From: Candidatus Sericytochromatia bacterium
GTDB taxonomy: Bacteria; Cyanobacteriota; Sericytochromatia; S15B-MN24; UBA4093
Direction of reading: 5' to 3'
Length of the DNA: 64,000 nt
Assembly (NCBI GenBank): GCA_036676985.1
Contig: JAKFBU010000038.1
Coordinates: 172,468-236,467 of the forward strand
In this document: positions 46,837 through 57,871 of the stretch, one piece after another
Layout of the letters: each line of letters begins with the position of its first letter
Position numbering within the stretch: the first letter of the stretch is position 1
The notes under the pieces: generated by a model
What the model was told of the DNA's origin: nothing
Database searches by the model: none
Seen by the model: the letters and a program-made list of their open reading frames with translations, nothing else
Made by a program: the position numbers and the translations under genes

Positions 46837-48489
46837 TTAGGCCGGCGCCGCCTCTTCCTTCGGCGGCAAGAACCGCTCCAGCGGGATGCTGAGATCCGCC
46901 ATCTCCAGGAGCAGCTCGCGCGGCGGCAGCTCGTTGCGGTTCAGGTCCACGGGCCCCATGTCCGCCATCGCCCGGAAGAAGCCCGCGACCACCTCCGGAT
47001 CGAAGTGCCCGCCCGCACAGCGACGCATCTCGACGAGCGCGTCCATGATGGGCATGCGCTGCCGGTACTTGCGATCGCTCGTCAACGTATCGAAGGCGTC
47101 CGCCAGGGCCAAGATGCGGCCGCCGACCGGAATGGCGTCCCCCTTCAGCTTGCGCGGATAGCCCATGCCGTCGAACCGCTCGTGGTGCGAGCAGGCGGCA
47201 TCCGCCACGTCGCGCAGCTGCTTGAAGGGCTCCAGGATCCGGTAGCCCTTGCCGGGATGCTGCTTGATGATCATGAACTCCTCGTCCGTCAGACGGCCGG
47301 GCTTGTTCAGGATGTCGTCCGGGATGCCGATCTTGCCGATGTCGTGCAGGATGCCCGCGAGCTTGATGCGCTGGCACTGCTCGCTGCCGAGCCCCATGGC
47401 CACTGCCGTCAGGAAGCCGTACTGCGCGACGTTCTCCGAGTGGTTGGCCGTGTACTTGTCCTTGCTGTCCAGGGCCCGCGCGAGCCCCTTGATGGTCTCC
47501 AGGCTCGCGTCGTTCAGCTGCTCGAAGAGCGCGTGGTTGTCGTAGGACAGCCCCAGCTTGCGGCCCACCTGCTCCAGGAGGTCCAGCTCGTCCTGCGTGA
47601 AGTCCGCGCCGTTGCGCTTGTTGAAGGCCTGGATCAGGCCGTAGTGCTGCCGGTGGCTGTGAATGGGGGCGATCGCCACCTGGCGCTCCCGGCAGAGGTC
47701 CTGGCCTGCGCCGATCTCGGCGGCGATCGCCTCCGCGTTGCGGGTCTCGACCGTGCGGATGGCGGCGAGCTGGTTGGCGAGCTTGCCGCACGCATGGCCC
47801 GTGAGGCAGCCACCGCTCGCATACGGGCAGCCCTCGGCCACGATGACGTCGAGCCCCTGTGCGCGCTTGGCCTTGGGCGCGACGAAGAGGAGGACCCGCT
47901 CGACCTCCAGCACGCGCTGCAAGAGCCGCGTGGTCTCGGAGAGCACCTGCGGCAGCTCGGGCATCAGCATGATCTGGTCGAGCTCGGAGAGGAACGCCTG
48001 GTGAGCTTCGTTGCGCGTGGCGAGGGTGAGGAGGGTCTCGGTCTCCATCAGGGCCGTCACCTGGGGCACGAAGGCGCCGATGTAGGCCTCCTCCTCGGGC
48101 GTGAACTCGCGCACGTGGCCGGAGCCGAGTGCGAGGACCCCGAGGGCCGTGTCGCGGACGATGAGCGGGATGAAGAGGAGGGTCGGCAGGCGCCAGTCCG
48201 CGATCTCGGGCGGCATCTCGAAGCCGTGCTCCGAGGCCGCATCCTGGACGAAGATGGGGCGGCGCTGCAGGGCGATGTACTCGAAGAAGGGCAGCTGGTT
48301 GCGCCCCGGCGCCGAGAGCTCGCGCATGGGTCGCCCGATAGGGACGAGCACCGCCCGTTCCATGTCGATGAGGCGCTTGGCCGCATCGTAGAGGTACTGG
48401 CGGCGTTCGGCGAGATCGTCGATGGCCGTGACCTCGCCGAACAGCTTGGCGAGCTCTTGCCACCGTTCCAAGGAGTGCGCAGGGCTCAT
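46837..48489 (-). CDS. GAF-GAF-HD-GYP cyclic-di-GMP phosphodiesterase
   Basis: KDKYTANHS, LHDIGKIG, HHERFDGMGYP, ADAFD, FDPEVV. Confidence 0.92.
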   Translation of the reverse strand: MSPAHSLERWQELAKLFGEVTAIDDLAERRQYLYDAAKRLIDMERAVLVPIGRPMRELSAPGRNQLPFFEYIALQRRPIFVQDAASEHGFEMPPEIADWRLPTLLFIPLIVRDTALGVLALGSGHVREFTPEEEAYIGAFVPQVTALMETETLLTLATRNEAHQAFLSELDQIMLMPELPQVLSETTRLLQRVLEVERVLLFVAPKAKRAQGLDVIVAEGCPYASGGCLTGHACGKLANQLAAIRTVETRNAEAIAAEIGAGQDLCRERQVAIAPIHSHRQHYGLIQAFNKRNGADFTQDELDLLEQVGRKLGLSYDNHALFEQLNDASLETIKGLARALDSKDKYTANHSENVAQYGFLTAVAMGLGSEQCQRIKLAGILHDIGKIGIPDDILNKPGRLTDEEFMIIKQHPGKGYRILEPFKQLRDVADAACSHHERFDGMGYPRKLKGDAIPVGGRILALADAFDTLTSDRKYRQRMPIMDALVEMRRCAGGHFDPEVVAGFFRAMADMGPVDLNRNELPPRELLLEMADLSIPLERFLPPKEEAAPA

Positions 48490-48597
48490 GGATCGCTCCC
48501 TCTAGCTAGGTGCTCCGCCCCTTGTGCGGACCTAGGGCTTCCTGCGGCGAAAAGAAAACGGCGCGCCACAGCTCATGCCGCGGCGCGCCGAAAGCCC

Positions 48598-49416
48598 TTA
48601 CCAGGGCATGCTGATGCTGCTCGTGGCGTCCGGGTTCTCGAGGAGCTTGACGGTCCACTTGCCGTTCTGGCCCGTGCAGTTGGCCACACGGTTGGACGTC
48701 GAGCCGCTCTTGTCCTTGGCGACCCAGCCCGTGCCGTTGTGGTTGGAGTCCACCTCGAGGTGGGTGTAATGCTGCACGTTGTTGATCATGACCGGGCCCG
48801 TGATCTTCCAGACGGTGGTGCTGGGGCCCGTCACGGAGAACGTGAAGTCCACCGGCGTGTTGGTGCCGTCCTTGGAGAAGAGCATTTCGCCCTTGAGGCC
48901 CTGATCCGACGAGTCGGCCGACAGAGCGAGCGTCCCCGTGATGTGGGCGCCCTGGAGCGCCGGGATCTTGGTGGCCGTCGTCACCGTCAGGTCGAACTCG
49001 AAGGCCCGGTAGATGTTGTCTTGCTTGTTCGAGCCCACGATGGTGCCATCGGCCACCAGGTCGCCGGTGCCGAACGGCCCAGTCGCGGTGTCCGTCTCGG
49101 AATTGAACGAAACGCCGCTCTGGATCACGTAGGCCGCCGCCTGCTGGAGTCCGGCTGCCTGCTGCAGGCCCGCGGTGGGGCCGTTGAGGATCACGCCGAA
49201 GCCCGCCGCCTGCTGGAGGTTGGCCGCGAAGCCCGCCGCCTGCTGCAACTGCGCCTGGGTATCGATGACCTGGCCACCGGTGTTGCCGGTGTTGACGTTG
49301 GTATTGGTGCCCGGCTTGTTCGTGGCCGGAGGCGTCAAGAGCTTGGTCAGGTCCGCGCAACCCGCGCCGACTACGACCGTGGCGCCGATGAGCGAGGCGA
49401 GGAACAGTTTCCGCAT
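48598..49416 (-). CDS. Lipoprotein with LQQAAG repeats
   Basis: Lipobox GAGC, AAGGAG RBS. LQQAA(G/A) x4 precedes a beta-rich domain. Confidence 0.8.
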   Translation of the reverse strand: MRKLFLASLIGATVVVGAGCADLTKLLTPPATNKPGTNTNVNTGNTGGQVIDTQAQLQQAAGFAANLQQAAGFGVILNGPTAGLQQAAGLQQAAAYVIQSGVSFNSETDTATGPFGTGDLVADGTIVGSNKQDNIYRAFEFDLTVTTATKIPALQGAHITGTLALSADSSDQGLKGEMLFSKDGTNTPVDFTFSVTGPSTTVWKITGPVMINNVQHYTHLEVDSNHNGTGWVAKDKSGSTSNRVANCTGQNGKWTVKLLENPDATSSISMPW

Positions 49417-49452
49417 GAGAGTCTCCTTATCGATAGGTTGCTAGGTAAGTTG

Positions 49453-49477
49453 TTTCCCAAACGACGCGATCTTAAAC
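49453..49477 (-). promoter_or_regulatory. SigB/SigF-type promoter candidate GTTTAA-N13-GGGAAA
   Basis: Consensus match upstream of the LQQAAG lipoprotein. Confidence 0.45.
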
Positions 49478-49497
49478 CCTCCAGGCGGAAAGGCCGC

Positions 49498-52400
49498 CTA
49501 GGATGCGGGGATGAAGGCCGCCAGCTTCTCGAGCTCCAGGGCGGCGCCGATCTCCTCGAAGCGGCTTTTGGCTTCGTTGATGGCGGTCTCGGCGCCCGCC
49601 AGGTCGCCCTGCGCCCGCAGGACCGTGGCGAGCTGGGCGTAGGCGCGACCCAGCTCCAGGGGCATGTCCAGCGCCGAGACCAGCTCGATGGCGCGCTCGG
49701 CCTCCTGGCGGGCCGAGTCGAGCGAGCCTTCCAGCAGATGGACCTCGCTCAGGATGCGCGGAATCAGGGCCTTGGTGCCGTCGTCGCCGACTTCCACCGC
49801 GTAGCGGTCCGCGTCCTCCAGGAACTTTCGGGCCTCTGCCGGCTGCTTGGCTTCGGTCCAGACCCGGCCGATGGTCATGTAGACCTCGGGGTAGACCTCC
49901 TTGGAGTCGAGCTCGTGGAAGATCTCGAGGGCCTGTTGCATGGACGCCAGCGCGTCAAGCGGAGTGCCGCGCCGCGAGCGCACCTCTCCGATGTTGAAGA
50001 GCACGATGCCCACGCCGAGGCGATCGCCAATCTTCTGCTTGCTCTCGAGCGCCTTGTGGAAGTGCTCCTCGGCCTCGCCGAGCTCGCCCTGGTTCAGGAG
50101 CAACGTGCCGTGGTTGTTGTGGACCAGGCTGACGAAGTACGGGTCGCCGATGCGCTCGTAGGCCACCAGGCTGCGCCGGTAGTACTCGTCGGCCTCCTGG
50201 TACTCGCCGCGGTTGGAGTAGATGTTCGCCAGGCTGTTGTAGCAAGCCGCGATGCCGCCCAGATCCTTGCAGGCCTCGCGGTACTGCAGGGAAAGTCGGG
50301 TGTGGTGGATGGCCCGCTCGACATCGCCCCGGCGGTTGTAGCTGATGCCCAGGTAGGAGTGCGCGAGGCCCTGCTCCTTGGCCATGTCCGTGCCTTCCAT
50401 GAGCTCGAGCGCCTCGGTGCTGAGCCGCACGCAATCGTCGTGCTGGCCCAGACGGTACTTCACGTAGCCCATCTTGGCGAGCAAGGGAGCGCGCGAGAGC
50501 TTGTCCTCGGTCGGGAAGACGCTCAGGCCCTCCTGGTAGCAGTCGAGGGCCGCCTCGAACTCGCCCTTGCGCTCATGGGCATCCCCCTTGGTCCTGAGCA
50601 CGCTCGCCTTGGACTCGTGGGTGGGGGCGAGATCGAGGGCCCGGGACAGGATATCGAAGGCTCCGTCGAACTGTCCGAGCAGCGTGAGGACCTGACCCAA
50701 GAGCCACTTCACCTGCCACTTGGCGGGTGCCGGCTGCTCGGGAAGGTTCTTCATGACCTCGATGGCCCGCTCCAGATCCGCCCGGGCGCGCGACAAGTCG
50801 TAGAAGTCGAAGGCGCGCTTGCCGGACAGGTAGAGGAACTTGAGGGCGGGGGCGTTCTGCTCGGCCAGGAGGTAGTGGTGCGCCAGGAGGTGGGCATTCT
50901 CCTCCAGGTGATCGGCATAGAGGGCCTCGAGGGCCCGGCCCGTCCGGCCGTGGATCTCCTTGCGGCTGCTCATCAGGAGGCTCTGATAGGCGACCTCCTG
51001 GATGAGGGGCTGGGTGAAGGCGAAGTCGCCCTGCGAGTTGCGATACAGGAAGCCGAGCTTGCACAGCTCGAGGAGGGCCTCGAGGTTGTCGTTGGCCCGC
51101 AGGCAGACCTGCTCGATCATGGCCAGGGAGAACGTGCGACCCAACAGCGCGCCGACCTGCAGGAGCCCCTTGAGGTCCCGGTTGAGCCGATCGAGGCGGG
51201 CCGCGACCGCGCCGTGGATGGTGCTCGGGAGCTTGATGTCCGCGCCGGAGGTCGCGAGCGTCCATCCGCTCGGTCCCTGCAACAGCATCTTGCTGTCGAT
51301 GAGCGACGTGACGAGCTCGTGCAAGTAGAAGGGATTGCCCGACGAGCGCTCCAGGACCTGCTGGATGAGCTTGCCGAGCTCGCTGTCTCCCGAGAGATCC
51401 TCGGGCGAGGCCTTGAGGATCGACGCCACGATGTCCAGGCAGTCCAGCAAGTCCATGGGGCGCAGCTGCACGACCGTGAGGTCCTGCTTCCAGTGGTCGC
51501 TCGGGACCGGGTTCGCCTCCGGGCGGTGCTGGCAGAGGATCAGGAGCTGCAGGGGGTCGGCGTACTGCGAGACGTGGTCGAGGAACGAACGGAACCACTC
51601 CAGCGACGCGTCGTCCGCCCACTGGAGGTCCTCCAGGGACACGAGCAAGGGGCCGCGGGCCGCTAGACCGACCAGGAGCGAGTCGAGGGCGTTGAGGGCC
51701 GCGTTACGGCGCTGCTCCTGGCTCAACGAGGCAAGCTCCGGGTCCGTGGGCTCGAGGCCCAAGAAGCCGCCGATGAGGTCCGCGAGGCGCGCGCCGTCGG
51801 CGGGCAAGGCCGACACGCAGAGGTCGCGCAGACGCTGGCGCACCTCCTGGCTCGGGGCGTTGGGTGCCAGATCGAGCCAGTAGTTGAGCATGCCCGTGAT
51901 GAGGCCGAACGACGCCGTGCTGGTGTAGGATTGGCAGCGCGCCCGCAGCGTCAGCGGGGCGGGAGTGCAGCGGCTCTGCACGAAGTGCGCGACCAGGCGG
52001 CTCTTGCCGATGCCCGCCTCGCCGTTGACCACGATGAGCTGAGGCATCCCCTCGCAGGCGCGTGCCCAGCTCAGCGCCAGGCTGTCGAGCTCGCGCTTGC
52101 GGTTGACGAAGATGGCCTTCTCGCGCGCCGTCTCCTGGTTGGAGGCGCGCGGGCCCACGAGCTCGTACACCTTGACGGGCTGGCTCTTTCCCTTGATCTC
52201 AAGGGGGGCCAGCTCCTTGAACTCGAAGGACGGGCTGGTCAGGCGGTAGGTCTCGAGCGTGACGAGGACCTTGCCGGGCTGGGCGGCGGCCTCCATGCGC
52301 TGGGCCATGTTGACGGTGTCGCCCATGACCGTGTAGTCGCGCTTCTGCTCTCCGCCCACCGCACCCGCGACCACCAGGCCGGTGTTGATGCCGATGCGGA

Positions 52401-52902
52401 CCCGCAGGGCGATGCCCGTGCGGGCCTCGAGCTGGTCCGCGAACTCCTTGGCCGCGCGCTGCATCTCGTAGGCGGCGTGGGTCGCGCGCTCGGGGTCGTC
52501 CTCATGGGCGATGGGCGCGCCGAACAGGGCCATGATGGCGTCGCCGATGTACTTGTCGACCACCCCGCCGTAACGGTAGATGGGCTCGGTCAGGACCTCG
52601 AAGAATTGGTTGACGATCTCGGTGACGCGCTCGGGGTCGAGCTTCTCGCTCATGGCCGTGAAGCCCGAGACGTCGGTGAAGAGCACCGTGACGACCCGGC
52701 GATCGCCCGCGTTGGCGTTGGCGGTCTGGCGCGGAGCGGCCAGCTCGGGGGCGACCACCGCGGTGCCGCACTGGGTGCAGAACTTGCTGCCGGGAACGCA
52801 CAGCGACTGACAGCCCGGGCAGACGATCGCCGCTCGAGTCCCGCACTGGGTGCAGAACTTGGCGTTGGCGTGAAGTGTCGCCTGGCAATGCGAGCAGTTC
52901 AA
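49498..52902 (-). CDS. Class III adenylate/guanylate cyclase with double zinc ribbon, AAA ATPase and TPR repeats
   Basis: CxxC pairs, LFTDVSGFT, KYIGDAIMALFG, GDTVNMAQR, GEAGIGKSRL, LEDLQWAD, C-terminal TPRs. Confidence 0.92.
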   Translation of the reverse strand: MNCSHCQATLHANAKFCTQCGTRAAIVCPGCQSLCVPGSKFCTQCGTAVVAPELAAPRQTANANAGDRRVVTVLFTDVSGFTAMSEKLDPERVTEIVNQFFEVLTEPIYRYGGVVDKYIGDAIMALFGAPIAHEDDPERATHAAYEMQRAAKEFADQLEARTGIALRVRIGINTGLVVAGAVGGEQKRDYTVMGDTVNMAQRMEAAAQPGKVLVTLETYRLTSPSFEFKELAPLEIKGKSQPVKVYELVGPRASNQETAREKAIFVNRKRELDSLALSWARACEGMPQLIVVNGEAGIGKSRLVAHFVQSRCTPAPLTLRARCQSYTSTASFGLITGMLNYWLDLAPNAPSQEVRQRLRDLCVSALPADGARLADLIGGFLGLEPTDPELASLSQEQRRNAALNALDSLLVGLAARGPLLVSLEDLQWADDASLEWFRSFLDHVSQYADPLQLLILCQHRPEANPVPSDHWKQDLTVVQLRPMDLLDCLDIVASILKASPEDLSGDSELGKLIQQVLERSSGNPFYLHELVTSLIDSKMLLQGPSGWTLATSGADIKLPSTIHGAVAARLDRLNRDLKGLLQVGALLGRTFSLAMIEQVCLRANDNLEALLELCKLGFLYRNSQGDFAFTQPLIQEVAYQSLLMSSRKEIHGRTGRALEALYADHLEENAHLLAHHYLLAEQNAPALKFLYLSGKRAFDFYDLSRARADLERAIEVMKNLPEQPAPAKWQVKWLLGQVLTLLGQFDGAFDILSRALDLAPTHESKASVLRTKGDAHERKGEFEAALDCYQEGLSVFPTEDKLSRAPLLAKMGYVKYRLGQHDDCVRLSTEALELMEGTDMAKEQGLAHSYLGISYNRRGDVERAIHHTRLSLQYREACKDLGGIAACYNSLANIYSNRGEYQEADEYYRRSLVAYERIGDPYFVSLVHNNHGTLLLNQGELGEAEEHFHKALESKQKIGDRLGVGIVLFNIGEVRSRRGTPLDALASMQQALEIFHELDSKEVYPEVYMTIGRVWTEAKQPAEARKFLEDADRYAVEVGDDGTKALIPRILSEVHLLEGSLDSARQEAERAIELVSALDMPLELGRAYAQLATVLRAQGDLAGAETAINEAKSRFEEIGAALELEKLAAFIPAS

Positions 52903-52982
52903 GGTCTCAGGATCCTCTGCCGACTCCGCGGCTCCGAACAATCGAGCGGACTTAGGTCATTATACCACCCGATCTAGCAATG

Positions 52983-53017
52983 CGCCCGGTTGGAATCCTG
53001 TCCAACCGGGCGTTTTT
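52983..53017. terminator. Terminator hairpin downstream of the Ca2+/H+ antiporter
   Basis: CGCCCGGTTGGA...TCCAACCGGGCG followed by TTTTT. Confidence 0.6.
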
Positions 53018-53035
53018 GACCTCTTGGCCCCTCTT

Positions 53036-54091
53036 CTAGGGATGGAAGAAGAAGGCGATGCCAAGAATCAGGTAGGTCCCGAGCAGCTGGGCTCCTTCGA
53101 ACCAGTTCGACTCGCCGTCCAGAGCGATGACGTTGGCGATCGCCACCGCCGCTCCCACGGCCACGATCTCGAACAGGTTGAAGTGCAGCGTCAGGGGCTG
53201 TCCGATGGCCCAGCCCGCCAGAACCAGGAGGGGAGCGATCAGCAGGGCGATCTGGAGGCTTGAGCCCACGGCGATGCCGAGGGACAGGTCCATCTTGTTC
53301 TTCATGGCCACCGTCACGGCCGTCAGGTGTTCGGCCGCGTTGCCGATGACCGGGATCAGGATGACGCCGATGAAGAGCTCCGACATGCCCCAGGCGTGGG
53401 TGACGGCCTCGATGGAGCCCACGAGGAACTCGCTCTCGAGGGCCACCAGGGCCGTGGCCAGGAGCAGCAGGCCGACGGCCTGGGGCATCTTGAGCGTCGG
53501 CTCCTCGACGCCCTCGCCGTGACTGCTGCCGTCATACAGGTGGGCGTGCGTCTTGAGCGTGAAGAGCAGGCCCAGAAAGTAGATGACCAGGAGCACGATG
53601 GCGACCCAGTGCGACAGGTTCTCCACGCCCCGGGTCGCTTCCGAGGCCGGCGACGTGAAGACGAAGGCCGCCGGGATCAGGAGGGCGACCACGGCGAGCG
53701 TCAACATGGCCGCGTTGGTGCCGGCCGCCGTGCGGTTGAACTTCTGCTCCTTGAACTTGAGGCCGCCCAACAACACCGACAGACCCAGGACCAGCAGGAT
53801 GTTGCCGAGGATCGAGCCGGTGATGGAGGCCTGGACCACCCCGATCAGGCCCCTCTGGAGGGCCATGAAGGCGATGATGAGCTCGACGGCGTTGCCGAAG
53901 GTGGCGTTCAGGAGGCCGCCGATGCCGGGGCCGGCCTTCATGGCGATCTCCTCGGTGGCGTAGCCCATCAGCTTGGCGAGCGGCACGATGGCCAGGCAGC
54001 TCGTAATGAAGATGACGGTCGGATCCCAGTGCAGCAGCTCGGCGGCGATGCTGATGGGGATGAAGACCAGCAACAGATAGAGGTATTTCAT
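53036..54091 (-). CDS. Calcium/proton exchanger (CaCA family)
   Basis: LNATFGNAVE, GSILGNILLV, GNAAEH, AVGSSLQIAL. Confidence 0.93.
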   Translation of the reverse strand: MKYLYLLLVFIPISIAAELLHWDPTVIFITSCLAIVPLAKLMGYATEEIAMKAGPGIGGLLNATFGNAVELIIAFMALQRGLIGVVQASITGSILGNILLVLGLSVLLGGLKFKEQKFNRTAAGTNAAMLTLAVVALLIPAAFVFTSPASEATRGVENLSHWVAIVLLVIYFLGLLFTLKTHAHLYDGSSHGEGVEEPTLKMPQAVGLLLLATALVALESEFLVGSIEAVTHAWGMSELFIGVILIPVIGNAAEHLTAVTVAMKNKMDLSLGIAVGSSLQIALLIAPLLVLAGWAIGQPLTLHFNLFEIVAVGAAVAIANVIALDGESNWFEGAQLLGTYLILGIAFFFHP

Positions 54092-54168
54092 GCGATGTCC
54101 TGTCAGCTTGTGGGCAACGAGGGAGACAATATGTGGGTCTGTGAGAGTGCGAGCGCCTGAGATCGCCG

Positions 54169-55635
<1,467 letters not shown>

Positions 55636-55646
55636 GGGGATCTCCT

Positions 55647-57119
55647 CTAAGACCGGGACGCCAGGAGCTCGGGACGCCGCGCGTGGTAGCGGGTGGCCTG
55701 CTCGAAGGCGTACGCCGCTCGGTAGATCGTGCCCTCCGACAAGGGCGGGCCCTGCAACTGCAGACCGATGGGCAGCCCGTCGGCGTCGTAACCGCCCGGC
55801 AGGGACAGGGCCGGGATGCCCGCGAGGTTTGCCATGACCGTGGCGATGTCGTTGAGGTACATCTCCAGGGGATCGCTTGTCTTCTCGCCGAGCTTGAAGG
55901 CCGTCGAGGGCGTCGTGGGGCTGAGTAGCAGGTCGAAGCGCTCGAACGCCCGGGCGTAGTCCTCCCGGATCCGGGTGCGCACCTGCTGGGCCTTCTTGTA
56001 GTAGGCGTCGTAGTAACCGCTCGACAGGGCGTAGGTGCCCAGCATGATCCGGCGCTTGACCTCGGCGCCGAAGCCTTCGGCGCGGGTCTTGAGGTAGGTG
56101 TCGCCCAGATCGGTGCCCTCGACCCGGCTCGTGTACTTGATCCCGTCGTAGCGCGCCAGGTTCGAGCTCGCCTCGGCCGTGGCCACCAGGTAGTAGGCGG
56201 CGATGCCGTGCCCGCTCGTGGGCAGGCTGACGGGTTCGACCGTCGCCCCGAGATCCCGCAGCACCTGGGCCGCGGTCTCGACGGCCGCGCGCACCTCGGG
56301 GGCGATGCCCTCGCCTGCCAGCTCGGCGATGAGCCCGATGCGCAGCCCCTTGACCTCGCCGCTCAAGAAGGCCGTGTAGTCGGGGACTTCGACAGAGAGG
56401 GACGTGGAGTCCAGAGGATCGTGGCCCGCCATGGCCTGCAGGAAGAGCGCGTTGTCCCGCACGTCGCGCGTCATGGGGCCCACCTGGTCCAGGCTGCTCG
56501 CGAAGGCGACGAGGCCGTAGCGCGACACGAGCCCGTAGGTCGGCTTCATGCCCACGATGCCGCACAGGGCGGCCGGCTGCCGGATGGAGCCGCCGGTGTC
56601 CGAGCCCGTCGCCAAAGGCACCATGCCCGCCGCGACGGCCGCGGCCGACCCGCCAGAGGAGCCCCCCGGCACGCGCGTGGTGTCCCAGGGGTTGCGCGTG
56701 GGCTTGAACGCCGAGTTCTCGGTAGAGGAGCCCATGGCGAACTCGTCCATGTTCGCCTTGCCGACCGACACGAGGCCCGCCGAGCGCAGCTTGCGGACGG
56801 CCGTGGCGTCGTAGGGCGGCACGAAGCGCTCCAGCATGCGGCTCGCACAGGTGGTGACCACCCCCCGGGTGCACAGGTTGTCCTTGGTGGCCATGGGAAC
56901 GCCCGCCAGGGGGCCGAGAGCTTCGCCCGCCGTGCGACGGCGGTCGATGTCGGACGCCTCGGCGAGCGCCTCTTCGCGGGTCAGGTTGACGAAGGCCCCG
57001 ATCTGGGGTTCGAGGGCGTCGATCCGGCTGAAGGAGGCCTCGGCGGCCTCGACGGCGGTGAGTTCCCGGCGGCTGAGCTTGTCGGCCAGTTCCGCTGCCG
57101 ACCAATCGGTTGGGGTCAC
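55647..57119 (-). CDS. gatA: Asp/Glu-tRNA amidotransferase subunit A
   Basis: [60 protein letters not shown] start after GAGGAG. Confidence 0.97.
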   Translation of the reverse strand: MTPTDWSAAELADKLSRRELTAVEAAEASFSRIDALEPQIGAFVNLTREEALAEASDIDRRRTAGEALGPLAGVPMATKDNLCTRGVVTTCASRMLERFVPPYDATAVRKLRSAGLVSVGKANMDEFAMGSSTENSAFKPTRNPWDTTRVPGGSSGGSAAAVAAGMVPLATGSDTGGSIRQPAALCGIVGMKPTYGLVSRYGLVAFASSLDQVGPMTRDVRDNALFLQAMAGHDPLDSTSLSVEVPDYTAFLSGEVKGLRIGLIAELAGEGIAPEVRAAVETAAQVLRDLGATVEPVSLPTSGHGIAAYYLVATAEASSNLARYDGIKYTSRVEGTDLGDTYLKTRAEGFGAEVKRRIMLGTYALSSGYYDAYYKKAQQVRTRIREDYARAFERFDLLLSPTTPSTAFKLGEKTSDPLEMYLNDIATVMANLAGIPALSLPGGYDADGLPIGLQLQGPPLSEGTIYRAAYAFEQATRYHARRPELLASRS

Positions 57120-57199
57120 GGTCTTCTCCTCGGCGGGTGCGATGTTGTCGAGCGTGAAAGGTCCCATGCTACCGGATCTCGCCCCCGAGATAAAGCCGG

Positions 57200-57240
57200 A
57201 CGGATAAAGCCCCGGGCCTTCGCCCGGGGCTTTATCCGTT
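57200..57240. terminator. Long perfect hairpin after the KGG gene
   Basis: ACGGATAAAGCCCCGGGC-CTTC-GCCCGGGGCTTTATCCGT. Confidence 0.7.
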
Positions 57241-57259
57241 ATGCAGCCGTTTGGCAGTT

Positions 57260-57556
57260 TTACTTGACGACCTTGCGGCGTCCCGCCCGAGAGGTCGAAC
57301 CGCCTTTGCGGCCGATCGAGGAGTAGAACTCGACGCCCCGCTCCTTCTTCACGGCCTCGCCACCCTTGCGTCCGATGCTCGAGAAGAATTCAGGGCCGTA
57401 CTTGGCCTTGGTGGCCTGGCCGCCCTTCTTACCTATCTGTTGGAAGAACTCGCGACCGCGCTCTTCCTTGACCGTCTGACCGCCGCGGCGCCCCGCCTCG
57501 ACCATGCGGGGATCGCCCTTGGCAGGGCCTGGCTTGTTTCCGACCATGGATGACAC
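57260..57556 (-). CDS. KGG-repeat general stress protein (GsiB/YciG-like)
   Basis: Repeats of EF[FY]xxIG[RK]KGG. Confidence 0.9.
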   Translation of the reverse strand: MSSMVGNKPGPAKGDPRMVEAGRRGGQTVKEERGREFFQQIGKKGGQATKAKYGPEFFSSIGRKGGEAVKKERGVEFYSSIGRKGGSTSRAGRRKVVK

Positions 57557-57811
57557 GCTCCTTTCCTATGCCGAGGGCTCAGCGTCGTAGACCGTCACGA
57601 CGGCATTACGAGATCCGTTCGACAAGGAAGGGCAGGAGATTTCAGGTCTGGTGCGGAATTGAAGCCACTGGACGCTGGGTTACGAAAAGTTACGAAGCCA
57701 CCTTAACACAGGACATGCGGGCTGGCAATATCCTTTGCCCCTCTCTTGGCGAAATCGGGCAATTTTGTCTCAATCGAGCAAGCCGCTTGCCGCCGGTTAG
57801 GAGAAGTAGCC

Positions 57812-57846
57812 AAACGCGCGCGTCCCGTTCGGGGACGCGCGCGCGC
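57812..57846 (-). terminator. Terminator after pit
   Basis: CGCGCGCGTCCC hairpin with a TTT tail on the minus strand. Confidence 0.55.
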
Positions 57847-57871
57847 GGTTCGCTTAGCTCTCGATTGGCCC

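Noticed and set aside
46750-51666. 1638-aa plus-strand ORF, and other long antisense ORFs such as 2911..6606, 14951..17746 and 13042..14937
   Set aside because: These are shadow frames of well-supported genes on the opposite strand, expected with high GC3. They contain no recognisable motifs.
46641-53000. Genomic island integrated at the tRNA-Ser
   Set aside because: No integrase, no duplicated tRNA 3' end and no evident compositional shift.
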